The notes beneath the pieces are model-generated. The model worked only from the letters and a program-made list of their open reading frames with translations, was not told where the DNA came from and ran no database searches. From positions 44,270,001 through 44,333,947 of the forward strand of contig CM052816.1 of the NCBI GenBank assembly GCA_028534125.1: a stretch of DNA of 63,947 nucleotides, written 5' to 3'. Origin of the DNA: Lama glama. Its lineage: Eukaryota. The translations under genes were made by a program, and so were the position numbers. Shown here piece after piece: positions 1-13,659 of this stretch. The number at the start of each line of letters is the position of its first letter. The first letter of the stretch is position 1.

Positions 1-377
1 GAGTTGCTCTTGCCAAACCTGAGAACTGTTGACCTGAAGTATTGCTCAGTAACAATCTATTTAATGTTTTTGAAGATTTAAAAGTGTCTCGTTGTTGGAG
101 TTGCTGTATCTCATTTTGTTTTCAACCTAAGCTCCAATGTTGTTGACTTGATAAAGTTTTGACTGTTTTAATTTTGATAATCTTGAATATTTTATTGGGT
201 CATTTTCCCACAACAAATTTAAATAGGAAGAACATGTGTCCTGATGCTTTGCTATACACTCTTCCATGCCTCAACTGGCTTCCAACTTCCATGTTTTTGG
301 GGAAGCTGCTCTTACAGGTCTCTTCCAGTAACTTGACAAAGAGTGTTCCGTTGCTCTCCTGTAAAAGTTGTACTTAC

Positions 378-502
378 CTTGTTTTCATGAAACCAACCTC
401 CGTTTCCAAGGAAACAAGAACAAAAAGGCAGTTGGCAGCTAGCATCTGGGACTTAGAAGAACTCTCACATGTCAATTTCAACTGCTGGCTGCCGGCTCAA
501 AC
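378..502 (-). other. Candidate internal exon (125 nt), non-coding or 5'UTR
   Basis: Minus strand reads gttaatattccacatttttag|GTTTGAG...AAACAAG|gtaagta. No frame is open end to end; an internal ATG frame (MLAANCLFVLVSLETEVGFMKT) runs into the donor. Motif evidence only. Confidence 0.35.
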
Positions 503-2084
503 CTAAAAATGTGGAATATTAACATCACCTTCAGATTTTGAACACACAAAAGAATATCAAATCAATTTTTTTCTTAAGTTTTAAATACTTGGTTTTAATA
601 GCAAATCGTTTAAAATAGCCTTCAAAATAATACAGCTAATTAAATGTATTTTAATGGCTAGAAATAATTCAATACAACTCAAGGTTTATTTTGAAACAGC
701 AGGCGCACATATATAGCAGGGTTTTTTTTCAATTTTACACCATTTGTTTTTGGAACTTTCCTCCTTTTACATAAATTTTGTTGCAGCTTACTTTCTTATG
801 TCTTTTTACATTCCCAACTCCTAACTTCCTTTTCTTAAGTTTTATTTTTTGGACTCTTGTCGCTTGTCTTAGCCATAGAGCTTTGTGGTCATTTTTATTG
901 TTTTAATAAAGTGCATTAATGATGAGACATCTTAAAGATATAATTTCATAATCTTAGGCCTGGATATCCACATCAGCACGATCTCCTCCTTCTGAAGAGC
1001 ATCTGCCTACCTTGCAGGGCTCTCTCAGAGCTGACCCGTCCTCCCCTCACTATTCTGCACTCTCCAAGCCTTCTTACCTCCTGGACTCATTTGAGTTTCT
1101 ATTCTCCTGCTGAAAGACAAACCTGGCTTGAATGCAAGATCTTCATAGGAAAGTAGTGATAAATGAGGTGTGTTTTTTGTTTGTTTGTTTGTTTTTGCAT
1201 GGACGGCAGGAACTTGTGGAATTACCTGAGGCATTTAGACATACATAGGAAGTGACTGAAAGGGGAATGGAGTTTCAAATTGGTACTTACACCCCATATT
1301 GGGATATATCATTGTATATTTTTCTACTATTTGGTTACTACCTGCCAGTTAAAAATGTAGCCTTTTAGAATTTCCCTCTTTTGATTGTTTAGCTATTTTA
1401 TAGTCTACCATCTTTTGAACTGCTGGTTGCCTGCGGGTAGGTTCTAGTAGGTAAAATTTTGTGGAAAATTGTACATGCAGTTACTTTTCAGATTTGCAGA
1501 GTGGATTCATTGTTTCTTTTCTTTTTGTTAGCAGCCTATTAGTAATGAGCAATAGGATAATTTTACATAATTTCGGAAGTATTCTCTGTGTTTACAGTTT
1601 TGCAAGTAAATATGCTTTCTTTTCTATAAAACAAAAATACAGGAGTATCAAGGTAACAAAATTAGAAGAGAGCCCTATGAGTTGTAACTTCTAATTTTTC
1701 TATCCTGGAAAATGTATATTTATAACTTGTATTTTTTTCTTGGTACAACATCCTAGAAATTATATTTTTCATTTACAAATTCAGATAATGTTCAATGATT
1801 TCACTTAACTGGGGGGGAGCATGTTTAATTCTTATGTTCAAGATCTTTTGGTACTCTGAGAAATCCAGCTTTTTACAAGGAGAGAAGTAATCACACATCA
1901 TTAGAGACCATAGTAAAGGCTTTGCGAGCAACAGTTTATGAAGAATAAATACATACTATTATGAATGACAAAACTCATCTTCTTAGTTTGAGAAACCTCA
2001 AAAGTAGGAGAAAATATTGCAAACTTTACTCCAAAATTCAAATCAAACAATAAGGCTAAACTCAAATATTACTGTTTTTAGAAT

Positions 2085-2600
2085 TTTTTAGTTTGAGATA
2101 TAATTCACACACCATAAAATTCACCATTATAAAGTGTACAAATTCATAGTGTTCATATATTCACAATGCTATAGAATTATTACCACTACCTAATTCCAGA
2201 ACATTTTTGTCACCCTAAAAATAAATCCTATACCAATCTATCCCTCTATTCTCTGACAATAGCTAGCCTACTTTATGTCTCCATGAATTTGCTTATTCTG
2301 AACATTTCATATAATAGGGTCATATAATAAATGACCTTTTGTGTTTGGTTTCTTTTACAAAGTATGATATTTTCAAGGTTCGTCCAAGTTACAGCATATA
2401 TCAATGCTTCATTTCTTTTTATGTTACATTGCATGGATATAATTACCCAGTATATTTTTCCATTCATTAGCTGATAGAGATTTGTGTTGTTTATATTTTT
2501 GACTATTATGAATTATGCTGCTATAAACATTCATGTAGAATTTTGTATGAACATGTTTTCAAGTCTCTTGGGTTTATACACAGGAATGGAATTGTTATTT
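2085..2600 (-). mobile_element. Old L1 3' end (L1MB/L1ME-like)
   Basis: gagatataattcacacaccataaaattcacc terminus; decayed ORF2 C-terminus in ORF 2273..2467 (NEALIYAVTWTNLENIIL). Confidence 0.85.
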
Positions 2601-3126
2601 GATAATTCCAAAATGTTAGTTTAATTAAAACAATACAAATAATTTCTTTATAATGTTGGAAATGGGATAAAAGAACAGAAAAGTATGCAATTTTACCCAC
2701 CTACAGTTGTTTTTAAAATCTTATCATCATCAACAAGAAAATAGCAAACACTTAAGCAGAGTTAACTCATTGTTGATAGAGTGGTATTTCTGTTTTTGTT
2801 ATTGTTTTTATTTCTATAACATCCTTAGTAACACAAGATTTAATGTAATGTATTATTCAGATATTGATTATATTCCATTATAAATTTCAAGAAAATATCC
2901 AGAAATAGGCTCAAAATATCTGGGTAAATTAGTCATTCTGTAACCTAATAATCATAAAACAAATAATAATAGAAAATAATCATAAAACAAAGATTTTAAT
3001 TCATATTCAATAAGAGAGAAAGCCATTTTATTTTAAATTAATAAACTGATATAAAAAGAGTTCAGTAAAAAAATGTTTTCATTTTATCTCCTAGTAGGTG
3101 TACATATAATACACAGTTACTGGGAG

Positions 3127-4035
3127 TTTTTTTTTTAATTTTATTTTATTGAGTTATAGTCAGTTTACAATGTTGTGTCAATTTCCAGTGTAGAGCACAA
3201 TTTTTCAGTGATACATGAACATACATATATTCATTGTTGCATTCTTTTTCACCATGAGCTACCACAAGATCTTGTATATATTTCCCTGTGCTATGCAGTA
3301 TAATCTTGTTTATCTATTCTATATATATATACCTGTTAGTATCTACAAATTTCAAACTCCCAATCTGTCCCTTCCCGCCCCCATCTCCCCTGGCAACCAG
3401 AAGTTTGTATTCTATGTCTATGAGTCTGTTTCTGTTTTGTATTTATGTTCATTTGTCTCTTTCTTTCTGTCTTTCTGTCTTTCTTTTTTGATTCTACATA
3501 TGAGCAATCTCATATGGTATTTTTCTTTGTCTTTCTGGTTCACTTCACTTAGAATGACAATCTCCTTGTCTATCCATGTGGCTGCAAATGGCATTATTTT
3601 ATTTTTTATGGCTGAGTAGTATTCCATTGTATAACTATACCACATCTTCTTTATCTGGTCATCTTTTGATGGACATTTAGGCTGTTTCCATGTCTTGGTT
3701 ATTGTAAAATAATGCTGCTATGAACACTGGAGTGCAGATGTCTTTTTGATGTAGGGTTCCTTCTGGACATATGCCCAGGAGCAGGATTCCTGGGTCATAT
3801 GGTAAGTCTATTCTTAGTCTTTTGAAGAATCTCCATACTGTTTTCCACAGTGGCTGCACCAAACTGCATTCCCACCAGCAGTGTAGGAGGGTTCTCTTTT
3901 CTCCACAGCCTCTCCAGCATTTATCATGTGTGGACTTTTGAATGATGGTAATTCTGACTGGTGTGAGGTGATACCTCGTTGTAGTTTTGATTTGCATTTC
4001 TCTGATAGCTAGTGATATTGAGCATTTTTTCATGT
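3127..4035 (-). mobile_element. Lineage-specific L1, 5'-truncated (~0.9 kb)
   Basis: Poly-T at 3127, L1 3'UTR, ORF2 C-terminal peptides ([26 protein letters not shown]) in ORFs 3677..4033 and 3418..3645. Confidence 0.95.
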
Positions 4036-4081
4036 TACTGTTGAAATGCTCTAATGTATTCCAGTTGTATTGTAAGAACTA

Positions 4082-4331
4082 CAATTGACCCTTGATCCCA
4101 AGAGTTTGAATTGTGTGGGTCTGCATATATTTCATTTTTTTCAATAGTGTATACTACAGTACTTCTCAGTCTGGATCTGCAGTTGGTTGAATCTGCAGGT
4201 ATGAATATGGAGGAAGCTCAGGTATGGAGGGACCACATATATGCAGGAGGAACAACTGTAACTTACACGCAGAATTTTGACTACATGGAGGATCAGCACC
4301 CATAACCCTCGTGCTGACCAAGGGTCAGCTG
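4082..4331. mobile_element. TcMar-Tigger MITE (Tigger2a-like)
   Basis: Terminal inverted repeats caattgacccttg ... caagggtcagctg with TA on both sides (4080-81, 4332-33). Confidence 0.9.
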
Positions 4332-4439
4332 TAGTCCAGTCTAGTTTTTGTTTTTTTTTTTTACTTATTGGCTTATAATAACAACACGTAACTGAGTTCA
4401 GAGTTACAGACTGACCAGTCTTAACTATGGAGTCTTCTC

Positions 4440-4640
4440 TGTTTATGTGTGTTTGTGTGTGTGTGTGTATGTGTCTGTATGTCTCTATATGTCTTCTAAA
4501 GTATGAAGATATATTTAAAGTCTTTCTCTATATAATATATATTAAGTACATATACAATAAAAGTATATATATATACACATCATATAAAGTATATAGATGT
4601 GTATACATACACACATAAACATGTATGTATGTGTGTACAT
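4440..4640. repeat. (TG)n / (TA)n low-complexity tract
   Basis: Directly visible degenerate dinucleotide repeats. Confidence 0.8.
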
Positions 4641-5219
4641 TTACTCTGTCTCTCCCCCTACTCATAATCAGGAAAACTTTATAAAAATGAACATATCCAT
4701 TTTATAGTGATACTTACTTGTGCTCAGCAATTTACTTTCATTTTTGCAAAAAAAAAAATCAATGATCAATGACTGTTTAGAAAGAATCTTATTTAAATTT
4801 TCTTTCTTGAAAAGGGATAATAAAGCCACATTTATAAAAGTAATCCAGTTGGCTTTTCTTTTCTGAAAAACTTTTATTCAAGCATTTGTTATTATCATTT
4901 ATTGAGCATAGCATATATTAGTCAAAGGAGTTTAAAAAAATAGAGTGGACAAAGATGCTTTATTTTAAAAACAGAAATAAAGAGGAGGTACATGGATTAT
5001 CCAGTGCTACATCATCCTCTAGGAAATATTTCCCTTTATTAAGAGAGCCTCTGCTCTCTCAGTGTCTATGATTGTCTTTTTCTCCTCCTGACAATGTTCA
5101 CTTCCCCTCTGTCAGTCTCCCCCCACTGTCTTAACTTGCTCCTTCCTTTTCAGGCATTCAATTATTAATCAAGGTATTTTGCCATCTAAATGCTTTCATA
5201 CCTAATCCAGATCAGAGCA

Positions 5220-5920
5220 CTTATTCATTCTCAATCAATTCAACTAATATTTATTGAATGCCTATTATGTCCCTAACTCCATATATGAAGCTCCTGGATA
5301 ATGTAAATGTAAAGTACTCAAGGAATCCTAATAAGACATCATTCTTGCCTTAGTATAAATACGTTGTATAGACACACAAAAAAATCGGAAAGATAAGGAT
5401 ATGAGAAAACATGTATTTCTGAAGACAAACAAGAAATATGAACTGGATTAGGAAAAGACAGTTTCAGAGAAGAATGAGGATTCCTAGAGAATAGGGCACC
5501 AAAACCCTCAAAACAATAAAAAGCTTAGTGGAGTGGGAAGTAATAACACATCTAACTTGGGTTACTCCTTTACCGAAAGTAGGACTCCGATGACAAAAGA
5601 ATGATCCAGCAAGATTCAAGGTATGGTAACAAAATGTTTGAGCAGTAGATCCCCCAAATGAGTTCAACAATGACCATTAAATAAATCAAGTTTCTATATG
5701 TTGAGATGATATGGACAAGAAGAGAAGTGACCCATTGTGTAGAGGTAGACATAGGAATATGACATGTGGATATGAGGGGGAGGGCTTGGCAGGGGAGAAA
5801 GTTTTGAAAATATATTAATAGAGTTGCAGAAAAGATTGAAGTAATAAAATCTGGTGAAATGGAGTTAGCAAATTGAGAGAAGGCCAATTCACCTACCTAA
5901 TGAGTTTGGATTTGATACTA
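5220..5920 (-). mobile_element. L2 relic
   Basis: ttcaactaatatttattgaatgcctattatgt (reverse L2 3' end) followed by purine-rich L2-like body. Confidence 0.65.
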
Positions 5921-6354
5921 TATTTGATCATGACATCTTCTTGGACCTTGGTTATCAGGTATCTGGCATGTGGAAAATCAGATATGAGATTAAATATGCA
6001 AGTGGCTTTATCCTTTTACTAACTGCAAATTATGATATGACAAAAAGGGGAGAGACAGATTTGAATTTTGTTCATGAGTAAGTTTTAGTTCACATCATTA
6101 TGATAGATGCATTCCTAAGGCTTTGCTGTGCTTTGCTAAGCTTCTCCCCCTCTCTGTGCGTGCCCTAGTCTTATTAAATTGCCTAGATTCCTGCAGTAGC
6201 AAGCCAGTGCCATCTTGGTCTTAGAATTTATTAGTATCCTTGACCCTCTAGTGTTCACAACTCTCTGAAAGCTTACAGAATGAAATCCAAACCGCTTTAT
6301 ATGAGTTGTTGTTCTTTGTAATACTAATATTGCTCCTTAAATATCCATCGGTGG

Positions 6355-6545
6355 ATTACAAAACACTTTTAGATACATGATATCATATAACCTTATTATA
6401 CTACATGGTAAATATCATTTTTTGAGGTCTGAGAAGTCAAATACTTTATTCACAGTTATATATAGTTTATGCAAACATAGTCAAAACTAGATGACATGTG
6501 TTTACATCTGGTGTTTTTAAATGTAGATTTCTCACACTGCTTAAC
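6355..6545 (-). mobile_element. MIR relic
   Basis: cacttttagatacatgatatcat...tgaggtctgagaagtcaaatacttt resembles the reverse MIR core. Confidence 0.5.
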
Positions 6546-9239
6546 TGCATGGGTAAGCCCTTCTCATGTACAAATGGAATATACATCCCTGGGGAGATCG
6601 CGAGAGTGACAAGTACGCAATAGGCAAAGTAGCACTGAGGTAACATTTCTCACCTGCAGACCGTAAGTGAAGGCAAATAAACACACACATATATGTACAT
6701 AATTGTAATAATATAAGATGCTATCTGTTGATTGTTTATTACACCCTGGGCATTGGGTCATTACATGGTAGACGTGTTCTCAAGTCTCACATGAACTTTA
6801 TTGGAAACTGACGCTTAAGTAAGTGAAGTCACTTGGGCTTGGGCCTCTTTTCTTAATTTTAACATACAGTTACTTATCTTCTGAGGAAAGAAGCAATACC
6901 AAGTTAAATGCAACTGTCTACTCTTCTTAATTAAAAACATATTTGAAAAATGTGAATCTTAGAATATGAGAATAATATATATGTGTGTGTGTATATATAT
7001 ATATACACATAAATAGCATATAAATGATCTACAAATATATGAAGAACTGCATTGGACAGAACACCATAACTGTGACATACAGATATACCAGAGTTATTTA
7101 CCTAATATATTATTATAAATATATAATATAGATCCGCATATAAATATATATATATAATATCACTGTATAAATGATTCAATTTGCTTATTAGACTATTCAT
7201 TTACTTTGAGCAAAGGAGATTAAGAAGATAGGAGATTATGGGTGATGTAAGGCAGGGTTTTAACTATAATGCAGTGTGTTCTTTCCATGATTTTAATCCA
7301 GCACCTTCTATGTCTGTCATATGCCTACATGATACAGTAAACCAGTGAACCCTGGGTAGTGATGTAAGAAGAGAGGTGATTTAAGGGGCAAAAAATCCTA
7401 AAAAAAAAAAAAAACCAACAACAACTTAGTTACGCCAAGTCATTGTAATCAATTTCTGAGTATTTCTGATGACAGAAAATGATTATTTGAAATTCAGGAA
7501 AACCGTTATAATTCCATTTTAGCTTCAATAGCGTATCTCACCAAAACTGTAGTCACAGTGATAGAAAACTATAAAATTGACTGATTTGAGTCTTGTCTTA
7601 TTCTTTGGCTGATCAGATGTTGAAAGTGCTAATGAACTGTGAAATGGCCCAAGGCAGACAGCTAGAGGGAGAAAAGAGAAAAGTCAAGATCTGGAGCACC
7701 GCAAAATGTATAATGAGTCACTGAATAATGGGGAATTCAACCATGTTACACCTCTGTCTGCTACCTGGAGCGTTCTAGCAAAACTTACTAGAAAAGTTGT
7801 TCAAAAATCCATTCTCTGAGGTTTTAAAGACTGTGTCCATTACATTGACTAGAGCTGAAAGCTTCAACTCAGAGTCCTCAGTGTGGATTGAGAATGGAAA
7901 GCACAGCCATTTTTCCCATGAAAGATGGATAATTAGATAATAGAACAAACAAACATTTTTGCCAGTTATCATATTGCAAATTGTAGAATATATTCTCTAC
8001 ATAGATATATTTCTGTCTTGTACCAAGATCATCAATGCTTTAGCCCAACTCCTCTTATCACTGCAGGTTTTTATTGTACTAATTTTGATTATTTTCTGTG
8101 ATTCTATCAATGTATGTAACAATTTCTGTTGTAGATTTGTGGGTCCAGGATTGACTTCAATATTATCAAGCTTTGGAATACAGCCAAACATAATTTGGTG
8201 CTGTATATGTGTGAGTGTGTATGTACACACATGCCAGTGCATGCAGCTGGACTTGATTTTTCCTGGTACCAAGGATCATTGAGGCCAAAGAGGAGAACCT
8301 GAAAGATGGCCTATCATTTTTAATTTACATAGTGAATATAAATGTACATATATAAAATGACTCTTTAGCAATGACTTCTTTCTATTTTACCAAGTTAGGA
8401 ATCATTTTCACTTAACTGATAATACTTATAGATAGAATTTAGATTGTTAAGTATATTTGGCAAACATTGTAGTTCCCATTGTTTCCTACCCTTTTTTCTG
8501 GCTTTCAAACACAATCATTGTTTTTGTTTTGTTTTGTTTATGGCTTTAGTAGGAGCAAAAGATGTACATTATCTCTTCATCATTTTGGATCTCATAAAAG
8601 AAGTAAAACATGTCTTCTCTTTCTGTTTAGTTTCTAGGATTTCAGGTTTTATTTTGTTCTTGGGCACTTGACAATATAACTGGTAACTGTATTTACACCA
8701 TTATGTTATCAAGATCTTTCGGAGCAAAGGAAATAGGATATACAACTTTAATTTGAGGCGTTCTTAACAGTCCGGCCCCATATCACAAGTGTGTGTCATT
8801 ACAGGAATATAAACAGATTATTTCATCAACTGCTGCAGACAGTGTCAAAAACCTAATGTCATTAATTTAAGTTTGATTGTCCAGGAACTCATTGTTAAAC
8901 ATTAATGTTTTATTTGCTCTGTCAATGCCGTGCAATAAAATGGTGTTCATTTGTTAATGTGTTCAAGTTAAACTCTTATCCTAATTTATTGTGATTATAT
9001 CCAAAACTGTTTCCCAGGGAATCTGCAGGACTTCCTCAAAGCTTAAGACTCTAAGCATTGGCTGATTTCTTTTAGCATTGGCCACTATTACTGGAATCCT
9101 TTTTTTGTCTTTTGGTTTTACTTCGATAGAGGCTCTTACTTTTCGTGGTTCTGATAGTTCCTGTCTGGTGTGAGATATTATCTCCCTGGACTCTGATAGC
9201 TATCTTCTAGACATTCTCTTTTAAAAAAAGCTTGTCTTC

Positions 9240-9730
9240 ACCTTGGTAGTTTGGTAGCGCTGTTGTTGTTAACACCGCTCCCACCATTACTGCTCTTCTT
9301 GGAGACGTGTCATTGCAGAGACATGGAGACTGACAAAACCACTTCTACCCTCTAAAATGTGTAACTCTGTTTCGTATGATCCACCTTCCTGGCCACGTCT
9401 TTTTTTTCTTGGATTAGGGACCTGCTTTTGTGCATGTTATTCCATGTGGGCTCAGGGCTTGAGGTTTCACTTTTTGGAGCAGCCATGACCGCAGGGTGAG
9501 AAGTTGCTCAGAGAGCCACAAAGGTAAGAGATTACGCAGACTAGGCAGAAGAGATGGAGTGAGTAGTGGCTTAAAGATTCTGCACTTCCCACGGGAAGCG
9601 AGACTTCAATTCACTTGTGTAAGACCCTCCTGTCTTTACTAACAAGAACTGTATCCCCTGGTTTTTGTGTTTTTGTTTTAAGTTACTTTGCACTGATATT
9701 TGTGTCTTCAGCTAAATATGCCTTAAGACC
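9240..9730 (+). mobile_element. Ancient MaLR/ERVL-type LTR relic
   Basis: ccttcctggccac motif and ttgttttaagttactttgcactgatatttgtgtcttc 3' end resemble old MLT1/LTR16/LTR33-type LTRs. Confidence 0.4.
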
Positions 9731-9839
9731 ATACTTATGGAACTTAATTACAGTTTTATAATTTGAGCCACTTGTGTTGTTCTTATGCTAAATTTGTTTT
9801 CTTTAAAAAATGTCAAAGCTTTCCCAAAAGCCTGCTTTT

Positions 9840-9965
9840 ACAAGGGATCTTTTTTGGGGGTAATAAAACTATATCTTGATTATGATTTAGTTATAGAGCT
9901 GTATGCATTTGTCTAAATTCATAGAACTGTTCACTAAAAGTGAATTTTACTGTATATAAATTAAT
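9840..9965 (+). mobile_element. Old L1 3' terminal fragment (L1ME/MC-like)
   Basis: tgtatgcatttgtctaaattcatagaactgttcactaaaagtgaattttactgtatataaatt. Confidence 0.7.
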
Positions 9966-10644
9966 GTTTTAAATATGCTTTTCAAGATTCTGAATATAGT
10001 GCTGTATAATTTTGATATTTTTATCTATCTAAAAGACCAAAGAAATATGAAATCAGAATTATCAGTGTCACCTTTTTGGTCTGAAATGAGTTTCAAGAAG
10101 ACAGAGGCACTGTCTTATGTACGGCTTTATCCTGATATCTGGCATATTACAGTCATTTAAGAGATGTTGTTGAATAAATGAATGGATGAGTACTTGTACA
10201 TTACATGACACAAAATCATAACCAGAATATATTAATGCCCAATTTTCACTAGTCAAATACCAAATAAATTTTTAAGAATGTATATAATTTATAAAATTTT
10301 TAAGTTGTAAACTATGAAGATACACAGTAGGTATAGCTCTCAATCTTTCGTTTTTTCTTCTTTCTTTCTTCTCCCTTTGTTTTTCTTCCAAATTTTTCCT
10401 CTCCCTCCTCCTCTCATCCAGTATATATTTTCTTGTCTCCACATTTTCCTTTTTTATTAATTCAACACATATTTATTCGCTTTTACCGTGCATCAGATAA
10501 TGCACTTTTCCCATAGGATCTGAACTGCAGTGGAATCTCAGGTTCATGATTCAGAAATCTTGATTCTGTGAGTTAAATTTTGTCTGTGTTCTACTTCCAG
10601 TTATACTCAATTAGTATGAATATTCATATTCAACTTTTTCATCC

Positions 10645-11299
10645 TGTTGCTGGTAGATGTAGCCAGTGTCCAGGTTCTTGTCTCATCCCAGGAAGAATTC
10701 AGAGACAAGACACAGAAGTTACTAAGGAAAGTGAGGATTTATTAAAGGATGGATAGTACAGTCTCAAAGGAAGAGCAGGCAGGCTCAGGTGAGCAGCTGC
10801 TCTGAGTTTTTTTGGCAAGGTGGTTACATAGAGTGTGAAAGTGAATGAGTGGAATATTCACTGGAGAGGGAAGGGTTTGGGGTCATGTTCCCTGATTTTA
10901 ATCCCAACTCCAGTGTCCTGAAGGGAGGAAGGAGTTTTGCCCTTATTTAATCTGGTTTGGAAGTGTCATGGCATTGGTGCACGATGGGTATTTCTAATTT
11001 GCAAGGCTAGTTTTATTGAAATGAGGGCATAATAAGCAAAAGGTTACATCAGGACACTGGAGATTCCTGCCTTTTCCCACCTGTCTTTGTCAGTGTCCAG
11101 TCTGCTCACCATCCCGAAAGGTGTGACTACTTATCAGCCCAGAGATCCCTGCTTTTCCTTCTCTGCCCAGGGACCCCTGGTGCTAACATGGTGCATGGTT
11201 TCCTGTGTTTGGCCCGTGGCCCTCCTTTCTGCCCAGTTCCTGCCGTTTGGCCTGTGTTGCCTTTCTCTGCTCATATCTAGCTATCTGCCTGCTCTAACG
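10645..11299 (-). mobile_element. ERV1-like solo LTR (~655 bp) inserted into a MIR
   Basis: Ends tgttg...ctaacg (TG...CA with one change); 4-bp flanks atcc/atac; AATAAA on minus strand at 10738-10743; GC-richer than flanks. Confidence 0.85.
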
Positions 11300-11410
11300 A
11301 TACCTCACCGTAAATGAGGAAGTAGAGGCATTGATTAAGATATAAGTTAACTTGCACAAGATCACGAAACTATTGAGGCTATGAGACAGTTCTAGATTGA
11401 AACCTATCCC
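11300..11410 (-). mobile_element. MIR (interrupted by the LTR)
   Basis: aaatgaggaagtagaggca...gttaacttgcacaagatcac matches the reverse MIR core. Confidence 0.65.
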
Positions 11411-11799
11411 TCTAAGTACAAACTGGTTTTGTTTTCCCCCAGGTTCAGGTAACACGTTACGTGATTGCGCACTATTCTGATATAAATGTGCTCACTCAGC
11501 ATATCTCTGGACATAATGTATTGTTGTTGTTGTTGTTAAGATTAGCTCTTCCAAAAAATGTCCTCTTACCTTCATCTAAGTTTCCAGTTTACTTACTCTT
11601 TAGCTTACTCAAACACTGCATTGTATCTACTAAATTCCTACCATGTGCAGGAACAATATGTTCCTCATGAAGGCAGGCACCTGACATTATCAATATATTT
11701 AATAATAAGTCATCTGATTGCCTTGCCATGGTTTAGAACTATCTACTTCCCAGCATTAGGCTTTATATTAAATATTAAAACCATTAGTACAGTCAGGCT

Positions 11800-12355
11800 C
11801 ACAGTTTTTAATATACCTTTTTTTTAGAAGAGTTTTAGATTCATAGCAAAATTGAGCAGAACATAGAGATCGCTCATATATGCTTTGTTCCCACACTTGC
11901 ATATCCTCCCTTGCTTTCGACATCTCCCAACAGATCGCTTATATTTATTGTAATTGATTAACCTACTTTGACACATCCTTATCACCCAAACCAGAGTTTA
12001 CATTTAGGTTCATTCTAAGTTTTGCACAATTCATGGCTTTTCTGTGTCCCACCTACTCATGTCTCCCTCTCCCTTAACTCCTGGCAACCACTGATCTTTT
12101 TACTGTCTCCTAGTTTTGCCTTTTCCAAAATGTCGTATAGTTGGAATCATACAGTAAACAGCCTTTCAGATTGGCTTTTCACTTAATAATATACATTTAA
12201 GCTTTGTTCGTGTCTTTTCATGGCTTAATAGCTCAAGTTTTTTTTTCACACTTAATAATAATCCATTATCTGGATGTAATGTAGTTTATCCATTGTATTG
12301 AAGGACACTTTGGTTGATTCCAAGTTTTGACAATTATGAATAAAGCTGTCATAAG
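11800..12355 (-). mobile_element. Old L1 3' end (L1MC-like)
   Basis: ttttagaagagttttagattcatagcaaaattgagcagaa...cctggcaaccactgatctttttactgtctcc. Confidence 0.85.
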
Positions 12356-13659
12356 CTTTATATTTTCCAAGTGAACACTTGCTCCCATTGCCCTAAACAA
12401 ATATGTGTGTACACACACACACACAGACGAATAATTTGAAATAGTTTAATATGTATAGAGCAATATCATTTCAATTTCCGTATATATTAGTAAATAGGTG
12501 TGTTTCAGAACAGGAAGAGATAGGACATAAATATCAATCAGTTAGAAGGCTTACAATATGAGCTATTTGAAGTACAATGGTGTTTGATCATTGGCAACTT
12601 CTTTGCGTTTGAATTGACATCAGACAAATGAATATAAAGATTCATGGATATACTCTTCCATTCACATGCTGTTATGTCAACCAGGATTCCTCACCTAGTA
12701 AATTCTTGGCATCCACATGAGTTAGTAAGGTCAGTTATTTTAGTATATTAAGTGGAAAAAGAAAAAAAAGAGTCTCTGAGCAAAGGAACCTCAATTAATT
12801 TCAAACATACAATAATGGGCTCTAAAATAACAATTGCATTTTAACAAGTAAGTTCATTAAACATTTTCTCAAACTCATAACCATTATTTTGCTTAGTCAG
12901 ATGTTTTCTCAGAGGAGAGTTCATTCATTTTAACTGCTTAAAATACATGATGAATGAAGCAATTTGTTTTTTTATTTACATTTTACCACTGATAATATTT
13001 TATTAAAAACACTAGCACAAAAGAACACACTGTGACTTTAATCATTGCTAACTTTCTAGGGCAATGCTTTGTTTTAATCTAAAACTTCAGAGTTAGGCTT
13101 GTGAAGGATACAAAAGAACATGTCCGTAGAAATTACTAGAATACTGTTACAAAATTAATATATGTCCATTGTTTGACAGAAATGCAAGCACAAACATCGA
13201 TTAGAGATCTCTGTTTCATAATAATGATTTTTCCAGAGGCAGCTGAGAATTGTAGTATTTGGAATAAAGAGAAGTTATATTGCATTGCGATGAATTGTTA
13301 TAGTAGTGACTTTTTAAAATTTGTTTCAAGTTTGAAAGCAGATAAATCAAAACTGACCATCTGAGATTTCTAAAACACCATGATCAACATCACTTGTGTT
13401 TCAGAATGTTTCAAAATATGTTCATTGTTGGCCATTATCTCCTGAACAAAACATATGCATAAGCAATTTTGTACTACAACCTACAACACCCGTAAAGTGT
13501 GGGAAATAAATATTTTATTATTACTTCCAAATTAACTGTAAAAAGAGGTTAAGTTAATAACTAGATAAGGAGAAAACCAGGATATTGTGAATGGGGTAAA
13601 ACTATTTTGGGTGTATCTGATATTAGATTTTTTTGTAGATAGCAGTTTTTACCTTAAAT

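Noticed and set aside
3116..4040. gttactg on both sides of the L1 as a TSD
   Set aside because: Only 7 bp and not adjacent to the poly-T; the following bases disagree.
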